A stretch of DNA of 64,000 nucleotides from a virus (taxonomy: Duplodnaviria > Caudoviricetes): IMG/VR virus record IMGVR_UViG_3300014205_000019, positions 5,544 through 69,543 of that record; one strand, 5' to 3'. Positions 8,668 through 13,801 of the stretch are shown here, piece by piece. The translations under genes and the position numbers were made by a program. The notes under the pieces were generated by a model, which made no database searches, was not told the origin of the DNA, and was given only the letters and a program-made list of their open reading frames with translations. Position 1 is the first letter of the stretch, and the number at the start of each line of letters is the position of its first letter.

Positions 8668-8804
8668 TAGCGGCCCACGCCCATTTCCAACCCGCAGCGC
8701 CGACACAGGGCGAACATTAGATGCGGCTGCGTGGAAAATACAAAGTAGTCGTGACCCTCTGTCTTGCACTTTACTTCATATACGTTCGAATCAAAAACAG
8801 CCAT
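8667..8804 (-). CDS. Small Cys/His protein (45 aa)
   Basis: Hand-translated MAVFDSNVYEVKCKTEGH...CRRCG...; SD AAAGGAG. Confidence 0.5.
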   Translation of the reverse strand: MAVFDSNVYEVKCKTEGHDYFVFSTQPHLMFALCRRCGLEMGVGR

Positions 8805-8826
8805 TTACTTTTCTCCTTTAGGCTAC

Positions 8827-8860
8827 AAAACAAAAGTCCCCCAACCCGGAGGTGGGGGAC
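8827..8860 (-). terminator. Intrinsic terminator closing the tRNA array
   Basis: GTCCCCCA-cctccgggt-TGGGGGAC then TTTTGTTTT on the minus strand. Confidence 0.85.
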
Positions 8861-8890
8861 TGTGGCGGTAATAGTCGGAGCGTCCTCCGA

Positions 8891-8966
8891 TGGTAGCGGC
8901 TGGTGGATTCGAACCACCGTTCTCTTGCTAATGACACAAGCGAGACGACCACTTCTCTAAGCCGCG
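8891..8966 (-). tRNA. tRNA-Met(CAT), initiator-like C1/U72 mismatch but without three G:C pairs in the anticodon stem
   Basis: Cloverleaf, loop GT-CAT-TA, TTCGAAT, ACCA. Confidence 0.8.
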
Positions 8967-8967
8967 A

Positions 8968-9076
8968 TGGTAAGAGGCCGGTACCGTCTACAAATGACGG
9001 CCCGATGCTCCTAAGACTGCTATCGCGGATTCGAACCGCCTCGTCCCCCAACGGGACGCGAACCACTTCCTAGCAG
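8968..9076 (-). ncRNA. Composite RNA 1: compact tRNA-like domain (9017-9076), TCTT, then a CCA-ended hairpin (8968-9013)
   Basis: CTGCTA/TAGCAG stem, GCGG-TTCGAAT-CCGC arm, CGTCC/GGACG arm; then GCCGTC-ATTTGTA-GACGGT hairpin ending ACCA. Confidence 0.65.
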
Positions 9077-9077
9077 A

Positions 9078-9201
9078 TGGTGGGGAGTATCTCTCATATT
9101 CTTATGGGTAAACGAGATACCGCCCAAGACTGTGTTCGAGGATTCGAACCTCACTGCCGTCTTTACAGAGGCCGGTGTGCTGCCAATTACACTACTCACA
9201 G
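9078..9201 (-). ncRNA. Composite RNA 2: degenerate Tyr-like tRNA domain (9130-9201), TCTT, then a CCA-ended hairpin
   Basis: CTGTG/CACAG stem, D arm, CT-GTA-AA-like loop, GAGG-TTCGAAT-CCTC; then GTATCTC/GAGATAC stem ending ACCA. Confidence 0.65.
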
Positions 9202-9202
9202 A

Positions 9203-9277
9203 TGGTTCCAGCGACACGGAATCGAACCTGCTCAGACGGTTTAAAAGACCGCTATGCAACCTTTACATCACGCTGGA
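9203..9277 (-). tRNA. tRNA-Lys(TTT)
   Basis: Cloverleaf, CT-TTT-AA, ACCA. Confidence 0.92.
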
Positions 9278-9278
9278 A

Positions 9279-9361
9279 TGTTCCTTCACGGAGGGATCGA
9301 ACCTACCACTTCTTACTTTGTTTACCTTAAGTAAGCGTACTACCGTTGTACTAGCGAAAGA
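9279..9361 (-). tRNA. Atypical tRNA-like gene with 14-nt anticodon loop and 3' ACA
   Basis: Acceptor TCTTTCG/TGAAGGA, stem CTTAC/GTAAG around TTAAGGTAAACAAA, T-loop TTCGATC. Confidence 0.6.
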
Positions 9362-9435
9362 TGGTTCGGGATTAAGGATTCGAACCCTAACTAAGTGGTT
9401 CAGAGCCACTCGACCTACCTTTAGTCTAATCCCGA
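9362..9435 (-). tRNA. tRNA-Gln(CTG)
   Basis: Cloverleaf, CT-CTG-AA, ACCA. Confidence 0.93.
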
Positions 9436-9436
9436 A

Positions 9437-9513
9437 TGGCGACCCTGACGGGAGTTGAACCCGCTGCCTCTTCCTTGACAGGGAAGTGTGCATAACCGTT
9501 ACACTTCAAGGCC
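9437..9513 (-). tRNA. tRNA-Asp(GTC)
   Basis: Cloverleaf, CT-GTC-AA, GCCA. Confidence 0.93.
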
Positions 9514-9515
9514 AT

Positions 9516-9591
9516 TGGTACCACACGACAGAATCGAACTGTCAACCTTTCGCGTATCAGGCGAATGCTCTAACCGTTGCGCTAGTGTGGC
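9516..9591 (-). tRNA. tRNA-Ile(GAT)
   Basis: Cloverleaf, CT-GAT-AC, ACCA. Confidence 0.93.
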
Positions 9592-9592
9592 A

Positions 9593-9666
9593 TGGTGGGT
9601 TATCAGAGAATCGAACTCTGGTGGGCGTGGTAAGAGCACGCTAGTCTACCACTGACTTAATAACCC
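9593..9666 (-). tRNA. tRNA-Lys(CTT)
   Basis: Cloverleaf, CT-CTT-AC, ACCA. Confidence 0.93.
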
Positions 9667-9667
9667 G

Positions 9668-9755
9668 TGGTGCAAGGTGTAGGATTCGAACCTACGAAGC
9701 CTGTTAGAGCCTCGGTTTTACAGACCGCTTACTTTGTCCGCTTGTATAACCTTGC
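9668..9755 (-). tRNA. tRNA-Tyr(GTA)
   Basis: Long variable arm, CT-GTA-AA, ACCA. Confidence 0.93.
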
Positions 9756-9756
9756 G

Positions 9757-9831
9757 TGGTAGCCCCAACGGGACTCAAACCCGTTTCCAGAACTTGAAAG
9801 GTTCTTATCCTAATCCATAGACGATGGGGCC
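9757..9831 (-). tRNA. tRNA-Glu(TTC)
   Basis: Cloverleaf, CT-TTC-AA, ACCA. Confidence 0.92.
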
Positions 9832-10121
9832 ATGCGATTGAAAGTACGAACAGCGTGGCAGTTAGCACATACTATTTCGCACTTCATTAACTCATCCACC
9901 AGTTTGTCAAGTCCGACTCTGTGATAATGAGCAATGTTAAATTTCTTTTCACCTTTTACATGGTCGAACTGCATAGCGGCTTCGTGATATTGTACACCAC
10001 AATCCTTACAAGGCTTGTCTTTCCATGCTAAAACAACTTGGCGCAGTAGATTGGCCCGTTCGTATATCTGAGCCTTTCTCTTGTCCCTATTGTTTTGGTA
10101 ATAGGTCTGATTGTAATTCAT
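9810..10121 (-). CDS. HNH endonuclease 1 (homing-type)
   Basis: CKDCG...QFDH...CEIVCANCHAVRT; stop lies inside tRNA-Glu. Confidence 0.85.
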   Translation of the reverse strand: MNYNQTYYQNNRDKRKAQIYERANLLRQVVLAWKDKPCKDCGVQYHEAAMQFDHVKGEKKFNIAHYHRVGLDKLVDELMKCEIVCANCHAVRTFNRMAPSSMD

Positions 10122-10125
10122 CAGA

Positions 10126-10199
10126 TGGTACCCCTTGACAGAATCGAACTGCCGCTGGATGTGTGTAAAACATCTACACTACCATTATGTTAAAGGGGC
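10126..10199 (-). tRNA. tRNA-Val(TAC)
   Basis: Cloverleaf, TT-TAC-AC, ACCA. Confidence 0.92.
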
Positions 10200-10200
10200 T

Positions 10201-10233
10201 TGGCAGGAGGGACGGTGTTGGGCCCGCCCTCCT
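10201..10233 (-). ncRNA. 33-nt CCA-ended minihelix
   Basis: 7-bp AGGAGGG/CCCTCCT plus CGG/CCG, G discriminator, CCA; 1-nt spacers. Confidence 0.7.
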
Positions 10234-10234
10234 A

Positions 10235-10308
10235 TGGCTCCACATCAAGGAATCGAACCCTGATAGCAACGTTAACAGCGTCGCGTCTTACCGTTAGACG
10301 AATGTGGA
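10235..10308 (-). tRNA. tRNA-Asn(GTT)
   Basis: Cloverleaf, CT-GTT-AA, GCCA. Confidence 0.93.
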
Positions 10309-10309
10309 A

Positions 10310-10395
10310 TGGTACACCTAGAGGGACTCGAACCCCCATGAACTTTCGTTCGCTGCGTTCTAAGCGCAGTATGTCTGCCGTTTCATCATAGGTGC
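10310..10395 (-). tRNA. tRNA-Leu(TAG)
   Basis: Long variable arm, CT-TAG-AA, ACCA. Confidence 0.93.
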
Positions 10396-10396
10396 A

Positions 10397-10433
10397 TGGT
10401 GACCTGTCTACATTCTATTTCAAATGGTGGGCC
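10397..10433 (-). ncRNA. CCA-ended spacer RNA (weak local hairpin, strong long-range complement)
   Basis: GGCC/GGTC plus CATTT/GAATG stems, ACCA end, internal ACCA at 10425-10428. Confidence 0.45.
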
Positions 10434-10434
10434 G

Positions 10435-10509
10435 TGGTGCCGCCTGTGGGTATCGCGCCCACTACCTCTGGTTTTTCAGACCAGCGCTCTACTATTGTGC
10501 TAAGGCGGC
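10435..10509 (-). tRNA. tRNA-Phe(GAA) with non-canonical T-loop
   Basis: CT-GAA-AA; T-loop CGCGATA; D-loop without GG; ACCA. Confidence 0.88.
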
Positions 10510-10557
10510 TTAGATAGGTCAGGCAAATTCCGTGGAGTTCGCCCGACCCACTAACTT

Positions 10558-10583
10558 TGGAGCCAGAGGATTCGGATTCTGGC
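10558..10583 (-). ncRNA. 26-nt CCA-ended microhelix
   Basis: GCCAGA-ATCCGAATCC-TCTGGC, U discriminator, CCA. Confidence 0.7.
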
Positions 10584-10584
10584 A

Positions 10585-10672
10585 TGGTGTCAATGAGGGG
10601 ACTCGAACCCCTACGCGCCGTGGGCGCACTACGTTCTCAGCGTAGCCTGTTTGCCAATTACAGCACATCGAC
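10585..10672 (-). tRNA. tRNA-Leu(GAG)
   Basis: Long variable arm, CT-GAG-AA, ACCA. Confidence 0.93.
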
Positions 10673-10746
10673 TGGTCAGGGTAGGGAGAATCGAACTCCC
10701 GTCTTACCGTTCCAAGCGGCATACGTTACCACTACACTATACCCTG
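10673..10746 (-). tRNA. tRNA-Pro(TGG)
   Basis: Cloverleaf, CT-TGG-AA, ACCA. Confidence 0.93.
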
Positions 10747-10747
10747 A

Positions 10748-10804
10748 TGGTGCCGCCCTTGGGGATTTGCTATTCGCACCCCTACAGCCTTGGAGACGGG
10801 CGAC
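10748..10804 (-). ncRNA. 57-nt mini-tRNA without anticodon arm
   Basis: 7-bp GTCGCCC/GGGCGGC, tiny hairpin, GGGG/CCCC arm, ACCA. Confidence 0.7.
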
Positions 10805-10805
10805 A

Positions 10806-10891
10806 TGGCGGACTCTGTGAGATTCGAACTCACGGGGCTTGCACCCACTAGTTTAGCAAACTAGGTCGTTAAACCACTCCGACAAGAATCC
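10806..10891 (-). tRNA. tRNA-Ser(GCT)
   Basis: Long variable arm, TT-GCT-AA, GCCA. Confidence 0.93.
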
Positions 10892-10892
10892 G

Positions 10893-10927
10893 TGGTGGGC
10901 CTGCCTCATGTTGATTGCTGCAAGCCC
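10893..10927 (-). ncRNA. 35-nt CCA-ended minihelix
   Basis: GGGCTTGC/GCAGGCCC stem, ACCA, 1-nt spacers. Confidence 0.7.
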
Positions 10928-10928
10928 G

Positions 10929-10961
10929 TGGTGGCCCCTCCCGTATAAAGCGCGAGAGGCC
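10929..10961 (-). ncRNA. 33-nt CCA-ended minihelix
   Basis: GGCCTCTC/GAGGGGCC plus CG/CG, 7-nt loop CTTTATA, ACCA. Confidence 0.7.
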
Positions 10962-10962
10962 G

Positions 10963-11038
10963 TGGTGACGCATAGGGGATTCGAACCCCTGACTTCTACC
11001 TTGAGAGGGTAGCGTCCTAACCGCTAGACGAATGCGCC
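10963..11038 (-). tRNA. tRNA-Glu(CTC)
   Basis: Cloverleaf, CT-CTC-AA, ACCA. Confidence 0.93.
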
Positions 11039-11040
11039 AT

Positions 11041-11139
11041 AGAAGGAAGGGAGAGTGTGGATATTGTTTGGCAATATCGCGGCCCACCCTCTGCCTCTTC
11101 CCTCCGTGGGGGTTCCGAGTCCGCATCTCTTGGCTCGGT
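11041..11139 (-). ncRNA. Putative structured leader RNA (long irregular hairpin)
   Basis: GATATTG/CAATATC apical stem, purine/pyrimidine outer stem, 5' CCGAG/CTCGG hairpin; starts right after the promoter. Confidence 0.4.
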
Positions 11140-11145
11140 CTTACA

Positions 11146-11174
11146 ATTATAGCACAATGACAACTAGTTGTCAA
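11146..11174 (-). promoter_or_regulatory. Internal consensus sigma70 promoter with overlapping 16-bp palindrome
   Basis: TTGACA-N17-TATAAT with TG; TGACAACTAGTTGTCA at 11158-11173. Confidence 0.88.
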
Positions 11175-11194
11175 GTACCCTTGTAAGTTTATTT

Positions 11195-11269
11195 TGGTAC
11201 CCATATCAGGACTCGAACCTGACTTCTATCTTTAGGAGAGATAGGTAATATCCACTATACTATATGGGC
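11195..11269 (-). tRNA. tRNA-Arg(CCT)
   Basis: Cloverleaf, CT-CCT-AA, ACCA. Confidence 0.9.
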
Positions 11270-11484
11270 GGGTGACAGGAACACATACAATCAAAGTTTC
11301 TACACTGTTGGTGGAACCACGAACGTGTGGCTCTGTAGTCTAGGGCACACAATACTGAAAGAGTTGTGTTGGGGCCTAATTTATTCAGCATACTCTTTTG
11401 TGTGAGACTAAGAGAGTTTTCTACTCTACAATCTTTTGTGTGGCCCGACCCAACAGGTAGGTGACACGAGATGCAGTTTTCCAT
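11260..11484 (-). CDS. Cys-rich small protein, CxNF[DE]CxCxCH family member 1
   Basis: C-terminal QCRNFDCMCSCH; stop inside tRNA-Arg(CCT). Confidence 0.7.
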   Translation of the reverse strand: MENCISCHLPVGSGHTKDCRVENSLSLTQKSMLNKLGPNTTLSVLCALDYRATRSWFHQQCRNFDCMCSCHPPI

Positions 11485-11501
11485 AGGTATCCTTTCGAAT
11501 A

Positions 11502-11587
11502 TGGCGGAAAGGGCGAGAGTCGAACTCGCAAGGCTTACGCTCGTCCGTTTTCAAGACGGGTTCCGTTGCCAATCGGATAACCTTTCC
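11502..11587 (-). tRNA. tRNA-Ser(TGA)
   Basis: Long variable arm, CT-TGA-AA, GCCA. Confidence 0.93.
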
Positions 11588-11588
11588 G

Positions 11589-11630
11589 TGGTGGGGTACC
11601 CGGCGTCACTCGGGAGACTTTCTTTACCCC
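11589..11630 (-). ncRNA. 42-nt three-way mini-tRNA
   Basis: GGGGTA/TACCCC, AGA-AAG-TCT mini-hairpin, CCCG-8nt-CGGG arm, ACCA. Confidence 0.7.
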
Positions 11631-11631
11631 G

Positions 11632-11706
11632 TGGTGCCCTCGTTGGGAATCGAACCCAAACCTCAACCTTCGCAGGGTTGCATCGTATCCGTTGGACTAC
11701 GAGGAC
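11632..11706 (-). tRNA. tRNA-Arg(GCG)
   Basis: CAACC-CT-GCG-AA-GGTTG, ACCA. Confidence 0.9.
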
Positions 11707-11951
11707 TGTTCGTGACAACTACATTCACAATCAAAATTCTTACAAAAGTAGTGAGCAGTCCTGTAGTTTTCTGAAACATAATCAAAAATGTTTCCGGGAT
11801 GTGTACAAGCCTTACTAACTAATTTGTTAAGCCAATTGAAATCTTCTCCACTTTCAGGACAGTTTACGAAATGATAAAAGTTATGTCCTTTGTGTACTCT
11901 CTGTTTACAAACGTCGCAAACTACATAACCGTCGCTGGTTTCTCGTGGCAT
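11697..11951 (-). CDS. Cys-rich small protein, family member 2
   Basis: FCKNFDCECSCH; ATG at 11951; stop inside tRNA-Arg(GCG). Confidence 0.72.
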   Translation of the reverse strand: MPRETSDGYVVCDVCKQRVHKGHNFYHFVNCPESGEDFNWLNKLVSKACTHPGNIFDYVSENYRTAHYFCKNFDCECSCHEQSS

Positions 11952-11966
11952 GGTGTGACCTTTCAC
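11951..11966 (-). ncRNA. 16-nt CCA-ended tetraloop hairpin carrying the SD of the next ORF
   Basis: GTGA-AAGG-TCAC-ACCA; the last A is the A of the ATG. Confidence 0.5.
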
Positions 11967-11967
11967 A

Positions 11968-12043
11968 TGGAGCAGGATATGGGAATCGAACCCATTACCT
12001 CTTCTTTACCAAAGAAGTGTTCGTCCGTATGAACTTAACCTGC
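11968..12043 (-). tRNA. tRNA-Thr(GGT)
   Basis: TT-GGT-AA, TCCA. Confidence 0.9.
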
Positions 12044-12184
12044 ATTCTTCTTATGACACCGACAGCCGCAATCAAAATTTGCACACTTACTGTGGAACTC
12101 CTGAATTCGCGGGTCGGCCGACATAGTTGCATGGAAGCAATATCCGCTTTTAAGAGTGTTTAATTCTTCTCTTATAGTCGTCAT
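12035..12184 (-). CDS. Cys-rich small protein, family member 3 (49 aa, not in ORF track)
   Basis: Hand-translated MTTIREELNTLKSGYCFH...KCANFDCGCRCHKKNAG*; stop inside tRNA-Thr. Confidence 0.72.
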   Translation of the reverse strand: MTTIREELNTLKSGYCFHATMSADPRIQEFHSKCANFDCGCRCHKKNAG

Positions 12185-12327
12185 TATGATGCGTGACATT
12201 TACACTGACACTCGAAGTTTGCACACTTTCTGTGTAAGTCGGCAGCCACGCGTAAATGTTGGGCCGACTCTGCTGCATAGCAGTAACGTGATAGAACCTC
12301 ATTATACATATTAAATATGTTTCCCAT
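12184..12327 (-). CDS. Cys-rich small protein, family member 4 (47 aa)
   Basis: MGNIFNMY...YCY...KCANFECQCKCHAS*; TAATG coupling to member 3. Confidence 0.72.
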   Translation of the reverse strand: MGNIFNMYNEVLSRYCYAAESAQHLRVAADLHRKCANFECQCKCHAS

Positions 12328-12330
12328 AGT

Positions 12331-12344
12331 TGGTACCTTTCGGT
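12331..12344 (-). ncRNA. 14-nt CCA-ended GAAA-tetraloop hairpin carrying an SD
   Basis: ACC-GAAA-GGT-ACCA then ACT ATG. Confidence 0.45.
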
Positions 12345-12345
12345 A

Positions 12346-12420
12346 TGGTAGCCCCTGTAGGAATCGAACCCACATCACAACGTTCGAAGCGTCGCGTCGT
12401 ATCCATTAGACTAAGGGGCC
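12346..12420 (-). tRNA. tRNA-Arg(TCG)
   Basis: CT-TCG-AA, ACCA. Confidence 0.92.
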
Positions 12421-12429
12421 AAGGTGCCC

Positions 12430-12774
12430 TTAACGGGCTAGTTGGGCTGTGCTTAGAATGGCTAGAACGGTTTGCCACTCGGTATTACCATAAAGTGTAT
12501 CATCAATTAAAACTGCTGTGGCTGTATGTAAACCATCGAGGGTTTGGTCGTCCTCAAAAAATGGAGCATGTGATATGCCAGAACCCGATAGGTGAAATAG
12601 TAGTTTAGACATTTGTTGAGTATTACCACCCTCTACAATCACGAGGGTCTTGTGTTCTTTGGCCCATTTACGCGCCTTCTTGTCTTTGAGTAAGATTTCG
12701 GCTACGGCGTGTGCCGCCTGAATACCCTTTTGCATCGTTGAAAGATGCGAGTGAACAACTACATAGAGTTTCAA
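12430..12774 (-). CDS. Peptidyl-tRNA hydrolase 2 (PTH2)-like protein
   Basis: KLYVVVHSHLSTMQKGIQAAHAVAE resembles the PTH2 N-terminal motif (K-x-A-Q-x-x-H-A); later TLVIV and HTATAV segments; 114 aa. Confidence 0.7.
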   Translation of the reverse strand: MKLYVVVHSHLSTMQKGIQAAHAVAEILLKDKKARKWAKEHKTLVIVEGGNTQQMSKLLFHLSGSGISHAPFFEDDQTLDGLHTATAVLIDDTLYGNTEWQTVLAILSTAQLAR

Positions 12775-12857
12775 CTTCTATTCCTTATCTCGCAGGCACA
12801 AAAATTACACTCTCTTGCGTGTAAAAGGTGACCACATTTACAAAGTCGAACTAGCAT
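12771..12857 (-). CDS. 28-aa Zn-finger-like peptide
   Basis: Hand-translated MLVRLCKCGHLLHARECNFCACEIRNRS*; SD GAAAGGAG. Confidence 0.55.
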   Translation of the reverse strand: MLVRLCKCGHLLHARECNFCACEIRNRS

Positions 12858-12861
12858 AGTT

Positions 12862-12879
12862 TGGTGCTCCTTTCTAAGC
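12862..12879 (-). ncRNA. 18-nt CCA-ended hairpin carrying an SD
   Basis: GCTT-AGAAAG-GAGC-ACCA then AACT ATG. Confidence 0.45.
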
Positions 12880-12880
12880 A

Positions 12881-12965
12881 TGGTACAGCCTACGGGATTC
12901 GAACCCGTACTCCGTTAGGAACCAATTTTTAAGATTGGCGTGTCTACCGATTTCACCACGGCTGC
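12881..12965 (-). tRNA. tRNA-Leu(TAA)
   Basis: Long variable arm, CT-TAA-AA, ACCA. Confidence 0.93.
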
Positions 12966-12966
12966 A

Positions 12967-13010
12967 TGGTGGGACGCTCCGGGCAAATTCGGAGAAGCAC
13001 TCTTCATCCC
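12967..13010 (-). ncRNA. 44-nt three-way mini-tRNA
   Basis: GGGATG/CGTCCC, AAG-AGTG-CTT mini-hairpin, CTCCG-8nt-CGGAG arm, ACCA. Confidence 0.7.
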
Positions 13011-13011
13011 G

Positions 13012-13097
13012 TGGCGGACAGGGGGAGATTCGAACTCCCGACCCTTTCGGGTACTACTTTTCCAGAGGAGCGCACTAGACCACTATGCGACCTGTCC
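13012..13097 (-). tRNA. tRNA-Ser(GGA)
   Basis: Long variable arm, CT-GGA-AA, GCCA. Confidence 0.9.
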
Positions 13098-13448
13098 TTG
13101 TCTACGATTAAATGTTCTTATAGCATGACAATTAGCACATACTATCTCACATTTACTAATTTCTAAGAGAATTCTTTTCCAACTTATATTGGTGGTAATC
13201 CCTCTACTTATGTTGAATACTTTATCTTCTCCAATGTGATCAAACTGCATGACCGCATAATGGTATTGTACTCCACAATCAGTACAAGGAACTTCCTTTA
13301 ATTTCCTAATAAAATTACTTCTTTGGTCGTATCGTTCGAAGAAGTAATTTTTTCTACAAGATTTGCACCAAGATTGTTTTGTTCCTGTTTTCTTTTTGAA
13401 AAAGTTTATTTCTGGTAAGTGTTGGTCACATTTAGAACAGTAAAACAT
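13083..13448 (-). CDS. HNH endonuclease 2 with N-terminal Zn finger
   Basis: CSKC...WCKSC, CTDCG...QFDH...CEIVCANCHAIRT; ATG 13448 after AAAGGAG; stop inside tRNA-Ser. Confidence 0.85.
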   Translation of the reverse strand: MFYCSKCDQHLPEINFFKKKTGTKQSWCKSCRKNYFFERYDQRSNFIRKLKEVPCTDCGVQYHYAVMQFDHIGEDKVFNISRGITTNISWKRILLEISKCEIVCANCHAIRTFNRRQGQVA

Positions 13449-13463
13449 TTTGCTCCTTTGTGA

Positions 13464-13540
13464 TGGTACGGGTAGGGGGATTCGAACCCGCCACTCTTTC
13501 GCATATAAGGCGATGGCATTAACCGTCATGCTATACCCGC
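13464..13540 (-). tRNA. tRNA-Ile(TAT)
   Basis: TCGC-CT-TAT-AT-GCGA, ACCA. Confidence 0.85.
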
Positions 13541-13541
13541 G

Positions 13542-13600
13542 TGGGGCCGGTAGCAGGGACTCGCACCCTTGTATCTAGAACACTACTACTTTGTACCGGC
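13542..13600 (-). ncRNA. 59-nt mini-tRNA with acceptor and T arm, no anticodon arm
   Basis: GCCGGTA/TACCGGC, AGGG-TGCGAGT-CCCT, C discriminator, CCA. Confidence 0.7.
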
Positions 13601-13601
13601 A

Positions 13602-13676
13602 TGGTGGAGACTACGGGAATCGAACCCGTGATTCTTCTTTGCAAGAGAAGTGTGTTACCTCTAGCACTAAGTCCCC
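13602..13676 (-). tRNA. tRNA-Ala(TGC)
   Basis: CT-TGC-AA, G3:U70, ACCA. Confidence 0.94.
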
Positions 13677-13801
13677 GAAGCCCTACCAACCCGGAGGTAG
13701 TAGGGAAGAGTTTGTTGCCAACCTAACAGCAGGCCATTACGCCGCCATTTAAAGGATTCTGGTTTGCTGGCTCTCCCAATCCTTTTTCGATTGTAATTAC
13801 T

